Shown here: in pieces, positions 1 through 17,745 of the stretch | How positions within the stretch are numbered: the first letter of the stretch is position 1 | How the letters are laid out: every line of letters starts with the position of its first letter | Assembly (NCBI RefSeq): GCF_009914755.1 | Contig: NC_060948.1 | Strand: one strand, 5' to 3' | DNA from: the human T2T-CHM13v2.0 reference genome, Homo sapiens | DNA length: 64,000 nt | Notes under the pieces: model-generated | What the model saw: only the letters and a program-made list of their open reading frames with translations | Told to the model about the DNA's origin: nothing | Database searches by the model: none | Position numbers and translations under genes: made by a program

Positions 1-60
1 TTTCCTCCTAGTGACAGAGTGAGGCTGTATCTAAAAAAAAAGGAAAGAAAAAAAGTAAAA
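1..60 (+). mobile_element. Alu 3' end and A-tail, cut by window edge
   Basis: gtgacagagtgaggctgtatct followed by an A-rich tail. Confidence 0.75.
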
Positions 61-69
61 CTATGTTAA

Positions 70-780
70 CAGTTAATTTTCATATATTTTTTCAGCTTTT
101 CTCCCATTACTGATTTCTAGTTTCATTTCATTTGTGCTATAAAAAATTGTCTGCTAAATTTCAATTAAAAAAACTATTAAGACTTCTTTCATGGCATCAC
201 AGGTAATCCACCTAGGAAAATGTTTTATGAGCTATTGCAAAAAAAAAAAAAAAAGTGTATTCTTTTACCGGTATACATTTGTTAGGTAAATATATTGTAT
301 AGTGTATTCAAACTTTTTGTTCCCTTGTTGATATTCTGTCTTTATTTATTACTGAAAGTGGGATACAAATGTATCCTTCCATTATTGTATTGCTATCTAT
401 TTTTGCTTCAATTCTGTCAATGTTTGTTTTATGTGTTTGGGAAAACTCTCACATATTCACGGAATTTCAGTGAATGAACTCTCTTAATATAATTGAATGT
501 CCTACTTTGTCTCTTGTGAATTTTGACTTAAAGCAAACTTCATAAAATATGACAGTTTTCAACTTAATAAATTGTTGCCTTTTCTCTTATGATTTGGTTA
601 ACACTTGCATGGCATGTATTTTTTATCCTGCCATTTTCAGTCTATTTTTTTAAATTAGGTCTGAAGTGAGTCTCTTGAAGACATGACATCGATACATCTT
701 GATACAGGTCATAATATAGTTAGTTTTATTCTTTTTCCTGTTGAAGGATACTTTTGCTGGATATTGTATTCTCACTTAGA
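70..780 (-). mobile_element. Old L1 (L1M-type) ORF2 fragments, approximate
   Basis: T-rich, with degenerate antisense endonuclease-region motifs (ttgttgatattctgtct, ccattattgtattgctatctat). Confidence 0.5.
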
Positions 781-833
781 CTTTGTAAAATGTTTCTCAT
801 CAAGTTTCCCTTCTTTTAAAGAAAAATACTAAA

Positions 834-1376
834 TGTTAGAAATAAGATTTTCTTTTAAAGATAAAATTTCTTCAAAGCCTTCTTGTTTTGTGCTAATAAC
901 TCTTTGTTAAGCCCTACTCTATGTAGCTGTTATACATAAGGGAATAAGTACATTCTATGGCCTTGTACTTTCACCAGAACATTTCTTCTGTACATGCTCA
1001 GGCATGTCCCAGGTTGCAGCTTATGTCCCCTTTCTTATTTGGAAATCTTATTACTTCTCTAAGTATTTTTGCAAAAACTTTCCCTTTTTCTTTGTTCTCC
1101 ATTGCCTTTACCTATTTAGGGAAGTTTCAGGTTGTTAGCCAATCAGGTTTAGCTTAGACTGTGATGCCTAGTTCCAACTAATGGAGATAGGACACAGAAG
1201 TAAGGACTCAATGCATACGGGTAAATATTCCTGCCTTTCTTTTTCATTGTGCTCTCAGGGTAGGATTGCTGATGAGCAGCACCCTTTCTGCAGAAAGTAA
1301 AATTGCCTTGCTGAGAAGATTCCTTGTCTGAGTATTAGTTCTATTTTTTGGCTCTGAGGAATAGGATTTTCTAACA
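834..1376 (+). mobile_element. ERV1-class (MER4-group-like) solo LTR, family not resolved
   Basis: Perfect 9-bp inverted termini TGTTAGAAA...TTTCTAACA, near-match 4-bp TSD taaa/taat, CCAAT near 1139, AGTAAA near 1296 in a gcaccctttctgcagaaagtaaaattgccttgctgaga context. Confidence 0.75.
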
Positions 1377-2100
1377 TAATTTTTTTTTCGGTGTTTTAAG
1401 TATGTTATCCTACTCCTTTTTTCCTGAAAGGTTTATGTTCATAAACTTACTGGTAATCTTACAGAAGCATGCATATAAATAACATAACTCTTTTTTCTTC
1501 CTGCATTCCAGATTCTCTTTTTGTGTGTGACTTTCAAAACATTGCTTATTTGGGGTCTTGTTAGAAATTTATTTGTGTTAGTTGAAATTTACTGAGCTTC
1601 TTGATTTTCTCATATTTTTAAATAATATTGAAGTGCGTATGAGACTTTTTTGTACTTCTACACTTTTTTGTGCTTTTTATCGTTTTCTTAATTTCATTTT
1701 TGTTATTTCATTTTGTTTTATTTATTTCCATTTAACTCATTAAGCATCATTCAGATGGTAAGTTAATTTCTCAGGTCAATTTATTTTTTCTTTCAAAAAT
1801 AAATGCAGACTTTAATTGAAATTTTCTTAGGTAAGTTTTACATCTCTGTTTTGTATCATTGATTTCTGAATATTTATTTTTATCTTTGAGTGAGACATAT
1901 TATCTTAATGTTTTGTATATGTTGTAGTCTTATGTTGCAATTTGTATAATAAATCACCACATGTGAAAATGCTTATTAAGTGATTTTTTCTTGGGAAATA
2001 TGAACCAACTTTTGGGCTAGAGATTCTTGACGTCTCTCACTTCTGTTCTATACAAGTTTTATCTGGGCTTGTGTTTTTTCATTAAAAAATATTTCCAATT

Positions 2101-2433
2101 ATTTATTATATTTTATTTTATTTTATATTTATTTTATTTTATTTTATTTTGAGTGAACATTTTACTCTTGTTGTCCATGCTGCAATGTGATGGCATGGTC
2201 TTGGCTCACTGCAAGAATCAACTCCTACTTTCCAGTGATTCTCCTGGCTCAGTCACCAGAGTAGCTGAGATTAGAGGTGCCCGCCACCATGCCTGTGTAA
2301 TTGTTGTATTTTTAGTAGAGATGGGGTTTCACCATGTTGACCCGGCTGGTGTTGAACTTTTGACCACAGGTGAACAGCCTGCCTCAGACTCCCAAAGTGC
2401 TGGGATTACAGGTGTGGGCCACCACTCATGGAC
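2101..2433 (-). mobile_element. Alu (old S type) with (TTTTA)n tail
   Basis: Antisense Alu body (gtatttttagtagagatggggtttcaccatgttg, ctcccaaagtgctgggattacagg). Confidence 0.95.
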
Positions 2434-3011
2434 ATTCCCTATGTTTCCTATTGAGATTCTGACTACAGTCAATTGCTATACCCATTTTCTGTCTATGACA
2501 CTGAAGTCTTTTTTTGTAACAGTCATTTACCTTTGGTCTCACCAGCCCCAAACTGTCAAAGAATACCACTTTTCCTTTAAACACTGTCATATAATATAGA
2601 AATTAGTCTTTAGTAAGGTCTCACAAAACAAGAAGCCTGAACACAGGTGCCACTATTTTATTTATTTTTGAAGGGGGAAGACATGAGTTGGGAGTCTATA
2701 TTTGAAGTCATCATAGGATGAAGAATGGCTGCGGTGGGTAAATATAAAACACTTTTATTACACTTCTATGTAGTTCTTGACATTTTGCTCCCTTGAAGTG
2801 CTATAAATTCTTAACTGATTCTTAGTCTTCTCACACAGGAATTTTGTTCATTATAATTGTGTTAAGTTTACATGTCTATAAAGGAATTACAGCCTGTGGT
2901 ATTTTATTGTCACCTTGTTAATGTGCTTTGTGTAACTAATATTTGTAAAATGTATTCACATGAGCCTAATGTGGGAGAAATTTTGTTGTTCCTTTTGTTT
3001 TTGTTTTTCAG

Positions 3012-4200
<1,189 letters not shown>

Positions 4201-4219
4201 AAGATTTAACTTAACATCT

Positions 4220-6915
4220 TGCAGCATCTCTAAGAACTCGCTTTATACTCAGTGCTTTTGGGTTGGGTTTGTCTATTGCATTTTACTATTATGGAATGCC
4301 TTCTTTCTCTTAAAAAAAAACTACGTGGATTTTAAGTTTGCTTTGCTAGAAACTAGGATTGCATCACCTCCTTTTTTCTGTTTTCCATCTATTTGGTAGA
4401 TTTCTCTTTTTTCTTTATATTTAGCTTAATTGAGATGAGTGTCTAGATTACAGAATACCATTAGATCTTGATTCTTTACTCAACTTGCCACACTGTTTTT
4501 TAATTGGGGCATTTAGCCCATTTACAGTTATGGTTAGTATTCATATGTGTTGATTTGATTCTGCCACCACGATTTTAGCTGGCTATTTTGCACATTTGTT
4601 TTGTGGTCGCTTTAGAGTGTCAGCAGTTTATTTACTTTGGTGTGTTTTTGAAGTGACTAATTACAGGGTTTTTTTTTATTTAGTGTTTTCTTCAGAAGCC
4701 CTTGTAAGACAGGTCTTGGGTAACAGATTTCTTCAGCGTTTGCTTATGTGAATAGGATCATATTAATTTTTTTCACTTCTGAAGCTCCCTTTGGTTGGAT
4801 ATAAGCTTACTTTGGTCTCGTGGGAAGCTGCAGTATGGGGAAGAAACATGTGGACTGGTGGAGTCATAGGGGCTGTATTGCTGAAGCTCTTCAGGGATCA
4901 GGCATGGCCCACCAGTACCGATGCTATGGTATGGGATCCCAGGGTAACTGAGACTGCCCTGTAAGAACCTGTGGCCAGAATAGGTCCCTATAAGAGGCCA
5001 GGAGACCAAGGGGTATTCAATTGGAACAATTTCTTCTGATTTGCAAGACCATCCTGCAAAAATTAGGTCCAACAATTTTTCTAGGGCTAAAGCCTCTTAT
5101 GGGAGAAAGTTGAACCTAGAGAAGTGGCCATCACTGGCAACATATTACTACAGATGCTCTTGCACCAACACTCTTGACACCACATGAGGTGGCTTGCTGC
5201 CCCTTCTTTGCTTGGCTTCTAGGGGCTGCATCTCAGAGAGATGTAGGTCAGCAATCCCTTACTACAGACAGCCCAGGATGGAGGATCTCTGCTTTTGGCC
5301 AAGTTTGGTGTTTACTGTCTTGTGAGGAGCAATAGGTAGCTTGTGGAACCCATGGAGGGTGGACTGGCCCTCACTCTTTGGGTAAAATGCAGCTTGTTTG
5401 AGGTGTAAATAAGGTACCTGGGTTTTGAATTTTTCATTAGTCTGAGAAGCATAGCAAGGACAGTTCTAACACAGAGATAGTGGCAGAAATATTTTCAGTT
5501 ACTCCTAGAGGCTGTGTCCAGGAAGTTGCTAGGTTGCTGCAGGCTCAATATCCCTGCCAATGATTGGCTAATGGCCGAGACCTGGAGAGTCTGCACAGTG
5601 AGAATGTGTGAGAACAGGTGCTCATGTAACAGTATGGCCACTTTTCTAAAGGGCTGCTGCAGTATGTTTTGTGTCCACTGCAGTTTCTGGTCACCTCAGG
5701 TTTTACAGAATCTGAAGCTGTCCCACTGAATGCTGAAAAACAGCAACAAAGGCAGTATGCCCCATTCTCTGGAAGCTCCATCCCAGGCAGGTATAGACCT
5801 GTTTCCAGCCCAAAAGCACCTGAAGGAGATAGCTGGAACCCCTCTTCAAATGTCTTACCCAGTGAGGAAAACATAATTCGGGACCCACTTAAGATAGCAG
5901 TCTAGCCACATTTTTGTAGGAGAGCTCTGCTGTGCAGAGGTATCACTTTCATCCCTTGTTTATTTGGATTCTCCAAAGCCAGAAAGCTGGAACAGCTAAG
6001 TCACAAAAACAGCAAAAGTGGCAGCTCACTCTTCACTCTAGGAACTATACCCCGAAGAGGTTTCAAAATTCCATAAATCAAATAACACTGATGGTGGTAG
6101 CTGGACACCCTGTTTGGGAAGTTCTTTTCAGTGAGGAGGAAGAGTTTGGGGACGTGCTTTACCAGGCAGACTGGTGGTGTCATTTTAGAGCACCTGTACG
6201 GTGCTATAGATCCTTGCTGCCCCAGTCAGCTTAGGCTTTTCAAAGCCTGAAGGCTGGGATGGCTATGTTGTTGAAACAGCAAAGATGGAGGTCCACTCCT
6301 GTTTCTGGTAGCTCCAATTCAGAGAGATACAGCGCTGCTGCCAATGATTGGCTGGAATTCTAAGCCAGTAGATCTTACTCTATGAGGCACTGTGGAAGTG
6401 GGTCCTACAGACTGTCACTGCTCAGGTCCCTGGATTCTGCCTATTTCCTATAGGTATGTATATGGGTATAACCTCCTGCTTTGCTGGCGTTGCAGCTACT
6501 TTTTCTGGGAATCCTGGAAAGCCAGAGTATCTGTGGCTCTGCAACACGCCAGTGCAGTTGCTATGCTGAGACCCCAAGTAGCTCTATGTGTTAGACTAAA
6601 GGCCTTGGTAAAGTAGGTTCCTCAGGGAGTCTCCCCATCTGAGGATTAAAAAGATGTGTGGGAGAATTGTAGGTTCCCAGGGTCACACATGCACTTACTG
6701 CTTTACTGGATGGGGAGGTTCTCTTGGCTCTATGTCTTTTCTGGGTGGCCCATTGTTCGGCCTTGCTCTACTCTCCACAAGTTGTTTATTTGATTATTCT
6801 GAAGGCAAATACCTGGATATTTCATTTGAAGGTGCTGTATTTATGCACGCCTTGCATTTTTCTCTGTGAGAACTACAGGGTCTAGCTGCTCCTAATCTGC
6901 AATGTTGGTCTCTTT
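4220..6915 (-). mobile_element. Older primate L1 (L1PA13-16/L1PB-type): 5'UTR plus ORF1 end/ORF2 start, 3'-truncated, most of ORF1 deleted
   Basis: 4220-4800 is antisense EN/intergenic L1 (gaaactaggattgca). GC-richer 5'UTR ends in agctgctcctaatctgcaatgttgg, a decayed form of agctgcttctagtcggccatcttgg. Confidence 0.75.
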
Positions 6916-6955
6916 CCTCTAAAAGAAACCTACTTTTTTATATGAAAATAATTTA

Positions 6956-7270
6956 AGCTGGGCACAGAGGCTCATGTGTGTAATCCCAGGATTTGGGGAG
7001 GTCAAGGTGGATAGATCATGAGGTCAAGAAATCAAAACCATTCTGGCCAACATGGTGAAACCCCATATCTACAAAAAACAAACAAAAACAAAACAAAACA
7101 AAAAAAACTTTTGAGCATGGTGGTGCACACCTGTAGTTCCAGGTACTCAGGAGTCTAAGGCAGGAGGATTGCTTGAATGCAGGAAGTGGAGGTTGCAGTG
7201 AGCCAAGATCACACACTGCAGTCCAGCATGGCAACAGGGTGAAACTTTCTCTCATAACAAACAAATAAAA
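6956..7270 (+). mobile_element. Alu (AluSc-like)
   Basis: gatcatgaggtcaagaaatcaaaaccattctggccaacatgg; expanded middle A-rich linker. Confidence 0.93.
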
Positions 7271-7274
7271 ATTT

Positions 7275-8150
7275 AATATTTTTTCAAAAGCAACTATTGA
7301 TGGAATTTAAGTCTTATATTTGAAGCTGTGTGTTCATTTCTAGAATTTATGTGAAAGAGCATGGTCAATGGTCCCTGCACTAGATTTAAGAGAGGTTCTT
7401 CTATATTAGATTGACAGATTTATATATTTTCATATGGAAGATTAAGAAAACTGAAATCTAAGATACATGAAGAAATTCTAAGTGGAAAGTCTACTTAGTG
7501 GTTGGGTATCATAAGTGCAGTATCATAAGTGACAGGATGATAGGAGTGTGAAAAGTAACCAGAATAATATTCTGCATAGTAAGAGAAACAATTTGGATTT
7601 TAGAAGGAAATTGCTTTACCATTTGCAGATTAAGATAATTAAAATACAGTGAATTTCAAAATGCCTTTTTAATGGCAATGTGTAAACTTAATTTTTTTAA
7701 TTGAAGAAAATATTTGTGAATGTAATAATGCTACTTTACATTGAATTTTTATCTTGCCACTGATGTTACTTATCCCATTTTACCCATGGTTGTAGGTAAC
7801 AGATGGTAACTATATTCTATAGAATTACACTGAAATAATATCTCTCATGATTCCTTTGTCAGTGGTCTTTAACTTAAAATAATTTGAAGAATATGGTTCC
7901 TACAATTTATATTTTTGTTTTTCTTGTAACTACAGATTATTGTGATGGTTGTTATGAAGATTTGGAATATAATAGACCTATATGCTTTAATTCTGAATTC
8001 TGAACAACTATTTGCAAAATTTTATCCTACTTCTTTTTTTTAACTGATGACTTCTCTGGTCTGCTAAACATATTCATACCTTTATTTTTTATTTAAATGG
8101 ATGTAAATATACAGACAAATCACTGTAAAATAAACTTTGTATGTAACAGC
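7275..8150 (+). other. Probable continuation of the ZNF 3'UTR ending near an AATAAA at about 8129
   Basis: AT-rich sequence resembling ZNF91-family 3'UTRs from memory; AATAAA followed by GT-rich sequence. Confidence 0.3.
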
Positions 8151-9203
8151 TTTATAGAGAATACTCATATTTGTTTGTGATTGTGTACCTACTTTGAGAA
8201 GCAAAGAAAAATATTAGAATAAAACACATAATTTTACATGTCTTGATAACTTACCAGCAAACCGGAAACTTCAAAGATTTTGAAAGCAAATCTATTTTCT
8301 CTGCCTTGTATTAATCCCGTTTACCAAAAATGTTATTGCTCTTGTCTTAGAAACATCTTGTGCACATTCTCCTTTTTTTGTCTGTTTGCTTGTTGCTCAC
8401 TATAGACATAATATATACATTTATTTTAGTCTAATTTCATAAAGCATTCCTTGTATAATTTTCTCAGAGATGATGAATGTGACTTTGATAAAATTTAATG
8501 ATCTTCACAAAATAATTTTTACATGTAATTTCATGGTGTGTGTATTATTGTATGCTATTTATTTAGTACATTTTTTATTTTATTTCAATTTGAGAATGCT
8601 ATTTAATCCAATTTTTATTTATTGTTCATTTTACATTATGAACTTGATATAATTGAGTTTATTAAACTTATTAGGCCAATTTATTCAAATTAATAGTTGA
8701 ACATTTATTAAGTCATGAGGTCCTTTTGGCATATACATGAAGTAAACAAGATAATACTAGCTATATAATAGAAGCTACATAATTGGAAATAAATATTCTT
8801 CTTGAAATTAGCCAGTAGACTCAGATGAAAATAAAAATGTCTATAGTATGACATGAATTCTGCATATGAAGTGAACAAAATTGTACCACTGCTGCACAGT
8901 TGACTCTCACAATTGAAACAAATTATAGAGTTGGACATACTATAAAAACTAAGTTAAAATCTTGTAAAATTTTTAAATTGCATTTCTACCTTTAAACATC
9001 TACTGAGTGAGGTAGAGGGCATGTCTATTTAATCAAACCTGGAATGGCTAATACATGTCAATACTGTGCACCACAGGTATCAAAACCTAAAATTCCCGAA
9101 ACCCTTTCCCTTTAGATTAGCAAAATATGATTTTAATCTCCCAACTCTATATTGTGTCTTAGACAAAATTACTAGGCCATTTTTTTTACATTTGATTCTG
9201 GAT

Positions 9204-9492
9204 TTTTTTTTTTAATGGAGTCTTGCTCTGCCACCCACACTGGAGTACAGTGGTGTGATCTCAGTGCACTACAACCTCCACCTCCTGGGTTAAATTGATT
9301 CTTCTGCATCAGCCTCCTAAGTAGATGGGACTACATGTGCCCACTGCCATGCCTGGCTAATTTTTTTGTGTTTTTAGTAGAGACGGGGTTTCACCATTGT
9401 TAGACAAAATGGTTGATCTCCTGACCTTCTGATTTGCCCATCTCAGCCTCCCAAACTGCTGGGATTACACGTGTCAGCCACCACGCCAAGCC
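9204..9492 (-). mobile_element. Alu (S type) with 12-bp TSD
   Basis: TSD ttgattctggat (9192-9203) / ttgattctagat (9493-9504). Confidence 0.95.
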
Positions 9493-10019
9493 TTGATTCT
9501 AGATCTTGACACATCCTATCCTCAACTTAATTTCTCTGAGGATAGAAAAACTGTGTGATATGGAATAATAATACCAAACATTTGTTATAAACAAAGGATA
9601 TTTTATTTCTGCCCTGCTGTCCTGGCCTCTTAGAATCATAGCTCTTCTTAGAAACTGGCAGAATCAGCCTTCTGTTCAGGGTAAATTTTGGGCAATTATG
9701 TGACATATGAAGGCTGGTTTCATTGCACCAGGTACTAAGAAAACCTGCTTCTGCCAGAAGTAAAATCCAGTAAGTTTTTTTTTTTTTTTTAATATAAATT
9801 GGTGATTTTTTTTTATTATACTTTAAGTTTTAGGGTCCATGTGCACATTGTGCAGGTTAGTTACATATGTATACATATGCCATGCTGGTGCACTGCACCC
9901 ACTAACTCGTCATCTAGCATTAGGTATATCTCCCAATGCTATCCCTCCCCCCTCCCCCCACCCCACCACAGTCCCCAGACTGTGATATTCCCCTTCCTGT
10001 GTCCATGTGATCTCATTGT

Positions 10020-13845
<3,826 letters not shown>

Positions 13846-13908
13846 TATGATGTTAGCTGGTTATTTTGCTCGTTAGTCGATACAGTTTCTTCCTAGTCTT
13901 GATGGTCT

Positions 13909-14918
13909 TTACATTTTGACATGATTTTCCAGTGGCTGGTTCTTGTTGTTCCTTTGAATGTTTAGCGCTTCCTTCAGGAGCTCTTTTAGGGCAGGTCTAG
14001 TGGTGACAAAATCTTTCAGCATTTGCTTGTCTGTAAAGTATTTTATTTCTCCTTCGCTTATGAAGCTTAGTTTGGCTGGATATGAAATTCTGGTTTGTAA
14101 ATTCTTTTCTTTAAGAATGTTGAATATTGGCCCTCACTATCTTCTGGCTTGTAGGGTTTCTGCCGAGAGATCCACTCTTGGTCTGATGGGCTTCCCTTTG
14201 AGGGTAACCCGACCTTTCTCTCTGGCTGCCCTTAACATTTTTTCCTTTGTTTCAACTTTGGTGAATCTGACAATTATGTGTCTTGCTCTTCTTGAGGAGT
14301 ATCTTTGTGGTGTTCTCTGTATTTCCTGAATCTGAACATTGGCCTGCCTTGCTAGATTGGGGAAGTTCTCCTGGATAATATCCTGCAGAGTGTTTTCCAG
14401 CTTGGTTCCATTCTCCCTGTCACTTTCAGGTACACCAATCAGACATAGATTTGGTCTTTTCATATAGTCGCATATTTCTTGGAGGCTTTGTTCATTTCTT
14501 TTTATTCTTTTTTCTCTAAACTTCCCTTCTCACTTCATTTCAGTCATTTCATCTTCCATCGCTGATACCCTTTCTTTCAGTTGATCGCACCGGCTCCTGA
14601 GGCTTCTGCATTCTTCATGTAGTTCTTGAGCCTTGGTTTTCAGCTCCATCAGCTCCTTTAAGCACTTCTCTGTATTGGTTATTCTAGTTATACATTCTCC
14701 TAATTTTTTTTCAAGTTTTCAACTTCTTTGCCTTTGGTTTGAATGTCCTCCTGTAGCTCAGATTAATTTGATCGTCTGAAGCCTTCTTCTCTCAGCTCGT
14801 CAAAGTCATTCTCCATCCAGCTTTGTTCCGTTGCTGGTGAGGAACTGCGTTCCTTTGGAGGAGGAGAGGCGCTCTGCTTTTTAGAGTTTCCAGTTTTTCT
14901 GTTCTGTTTTTTCCCCAT
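13909..14918 (-). pseudogene. L1 ORF1, disrupted
   Basis: ATG GGG AAA AAA CAG at 14918; RRM segment KRPNLCLIGVPE; RYSSRRARHIIVRF lacks the canonical TP; no continuous frame. Confidence 0.93.
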
Positions 14919-15219
14919 CTTTGTGGTTTTATCTACTTTTGGTCTTTGATGATGGTGATGTACAGATGGGTTTTTGGTGTGGATGTCCTTTCTGTTTGTT
15001 AGTTTTCCTTCTAACAGACAGGACCCTCAGCTGCAGTTCTGTTGGAATACGCTGCCGTGTGAGGTGTCAGTGTGCCCCTGCTGGGGGGTGCCTCCCAGTT
15101 AGGCTGCTCAGGGGTCAGGGGTCAGGGACCCACTTGAGGAGGCAGTCTGCCCCTTCTCAGATCTCCAGCTGCTTGCTGGGAGAACCACTGCTCTCTTCAA
15201 AGCTGTCAGACAGGGACAT

Positions 15220-15420
15220 TTAAGTCTGCAGAGGTTACTGCTGTCTTTTTGTTTGTCTGTGCCCTGCCCCCAGAGGTGGAGCCTACAGAGGCAGGCAGGC
15301 CTCCTTGAGCTGTGGTGGGCTCCACCCAGTTCGAGCTTCCCTGCTGCTTTGTTTACCTAAGCAAGCCTGGGCAATGTCGGGCGCCCCTCCTCCAGCCTTG
15401 CTGCCACCTTGCAGTTTGAT
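15220..15420 (+). promoter_or_regulatory. L1 antisense promoter region, approximate
   Basis: Corresponds to about nt 400-600 of the L1 5'UTR, upstream of ORF0; many CpGs decayed. Confidence 0.5.
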
Positions 15421-15589
15421 CTCAGACTGCTGTGCTAGCAATCAGCAAGACTCCGTGGGCATAGGACCCTCTGAGCCAGGTGTGGGATATAATCTCGTGG
15501 TGTGCCGTTTCTTAAGCCGGTCAGAAAAGAGCAGTATTCTGGTGGGAGTAACCCGAGTTTTCAGGTGCGTCCATCACCCCTTTCTTTGA
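15374..15589 (+). CDS. L1 ORF0, open full-length 71 aa (antisense 5'UTR ORF); expression unknown
   Basis: MSGAPPPALLPPCSLISDCCASNQQDSVGIGPSEPGVGYNLVVCRFLSRSEKSSILVGVTRVFRCVHHPFL; GT donors at 15480 and 15565. Confidence 0.8.
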   Translation: MSGAPPPALLPPCSLISDCCASNQQDSVGIGPSEPGVGYNLVVCRFLSRSEKSSILVGVTRVFRCVHHPFL

Positions 15590-17454
15590 CTCAGAAAGAG
15601 AACTCCCTGACCCCTTGTACTTCCCAAGTGAGGCAATGCCTGGCCCTGCTTCGGCTTGCACATGGTGCGCGCACCCACTGACCTGCGCCCACTGTCTGGC
15701 ACTCCCTAGTGAGATGAACTGGGTACCTCAGATGGAAATGCAGAAATCACCATCTTCTGCTTCACTCACCCTGGGAGCTGTAGACCGGAGCTGTTCCTAT
15801 TCGGCCATCTTGGCTCCTCCAGTGATTTTTAAAATAATATAAATGATAGGTTTCTTCTGTTTAATTGTAATGATTCTTTCAAAGAGATGTTTGGCTTTAT
15901 TTCTATAATGAAGCAAATTCTGAACATCTTATAATCTGTTCATTATCATATAGTAAATAATAAAGAACAAGTTAATGAATCTCAGTTTTTGTAAGTATTT
16001 TAGTGAATAAATTTAATCTCATTTCCATAATCTTTAAGTTTTACTACTGAAGACCAGAATAGACTTTTTTCTTCTTTTGGGAAACTATAAAAGCATGTTC
16101 ATAATGTTACTTTCATAGATAATATGAATATCAACTGTCAAGTGTGTTGGTTTCTAAAATAAAATATTTTAGAATTGTATTACCAAACATATTCAATGAA
16201 ATGTTTTAAAGTTGCCTATTTAAAAAATCTGCCAATTTTGAATTGCATATGCAGCTAAAATTTTCTTAAGATAGAGGATAAGATGTAAAATAATTCATAC
16301 AAATAATATAAACTCAGTTTTCTGAAATTATTTACTTAAGAAATCTAATTACAGTTTAAATAAGTTGTGATCACCTATTAGCCTTTATGCAGCATATTAT
16401 ATTACTAAAATTTTGCATCTAAAATGGTAGCAATTAGAACAAAGTAGAGAAAATACAATAATTGGCATAAAAAATTTCAAGAAAATGAAATGTTTGTATG
16501 ATGACCTAAATAAAGTAATATGAAGAATGAAAGGATAGTATTAGTTTTACACATTATTGGTCAAAAGTAAACCTGAGATATTGTGTAGAAAGTGCTATTA
16601 ATTATATCTTTGAGACCGTCTTACTGATTTTGGCACTTAGAGAAGCTCCAGCACAGACCCAGCATTCCTTAGGCATTTTTTTCCAGGAGAACATTTAATA
16701 GAAATGAAGCAGAAGGTGACTTACACAAAGGTAAATGAATACTTGTCTCCTAGAGACCAGTGGGTGCAGCTTGCTAAAAGAGTAGACCTTTCCTGGAAGT
16801 CACGGAAGGGGCTATGGGCAAGCATCTTAGAATAGGGGCCTGGAGCTCCATGAAACACTCCTGCCAGCAGTGATCTCAGAGGGCCACGTGGTAGGTCAGC
16901 CTAGGTGCTCTGTCATGTTCCCGGTCCTTGAGTCCTTCCTCACCCACTAGGTATTTCCACAAAGAAATCAGGATGGCAACCACAAGTGCAGCCCCCCTAG
17001 AAGGAGATCAAGAGTGTCAAGGATCACATTCTTCTTGGAAAATTCAGTGATTTAGTAACTCGTCAATAAGCTGTAGCAGAATGTGCTGCTCTAACCCACA
17101 GAGATCACACTCTAGGAGGAAATTTGGGTGACACCTGCCTGAAGATGTGCATTGGAGGAAGGACGGACAGGTCACCTGGGACTTAGTGAGCAAGTGCCCC
17201 TAGCCAATCCGGGGAGACATGGGCTTGGCCAGAGCAGAAAGTAAGGGTGGCATACAGCAGACATGCTGAGCTGTCAGATGGGCACACAAGGGTAGGTATG
17301 AGTGGTCCCTGAGTGGGAGAACCCCCTCAAAGCCCTCAACTCACCCAAGAGATCCCCCAGCCTTTTGAACCACAAGCTGTACCTGGAACTCCAGGGTGCG
17401 CACTGGGTAGTGGCCTGGTAAAACTTGGGTGAGCAGCCAGTCACTGAGTGACTT

Positions 17455-17745
17455 CCATTGCCCATGTCTCTAATGAGAAAATTGAATCCCCAAAGTCACA
17501 AGCCAGGAGCAGCAAAAGCACTAGGCTGAGGCATCACATTTTTTCTTCACTGGCACCCATAATCCTCAGAACCCCTGGGCTTCCCTTGAGGAAAAATATT
17601 CCTCTTCATTGTGAGTGTAGGCCCAAATCAGAGAACTGGCTTGACTGTTCAACTGCACTCAGGCAGTGTGTGTACCATTCCAAGCAGGTCCCATTTACTT
17701 CGTGCCTCCAGTTATTTCATCTGCAACATATCACTTGTAACAGCT
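17455..17745. mobile_element. Two MIR core remnants in opposite orientations
   Basis: cccatgtctctaatgagaaaattgaa...aaagtcaca and cttcgtgcctccagttatttcatctgcaa resemble the MIR core. Confidence 0.45.

Noticed and set aside
2153-2599. 148-aa ORF, and similar ones at 7016, 25067, 31944
   Set aside because: Translations of Alu sequence.
4228-6930. TSD ctctaagaac / ctctaaaagaaac around the old L1
   Set aside because: The left motif is internal L1 sequence (gtaggtctctaagaacttgc), so the element is 3'-truncated and the match is coincidental.
9767-9810. 3' transduction with second poly(A) on L1PA2
   Set aside because: An exact 9-bp TSD sits directly against the L1 tail, so the T-run at ~9775-9790 is most simply flank.
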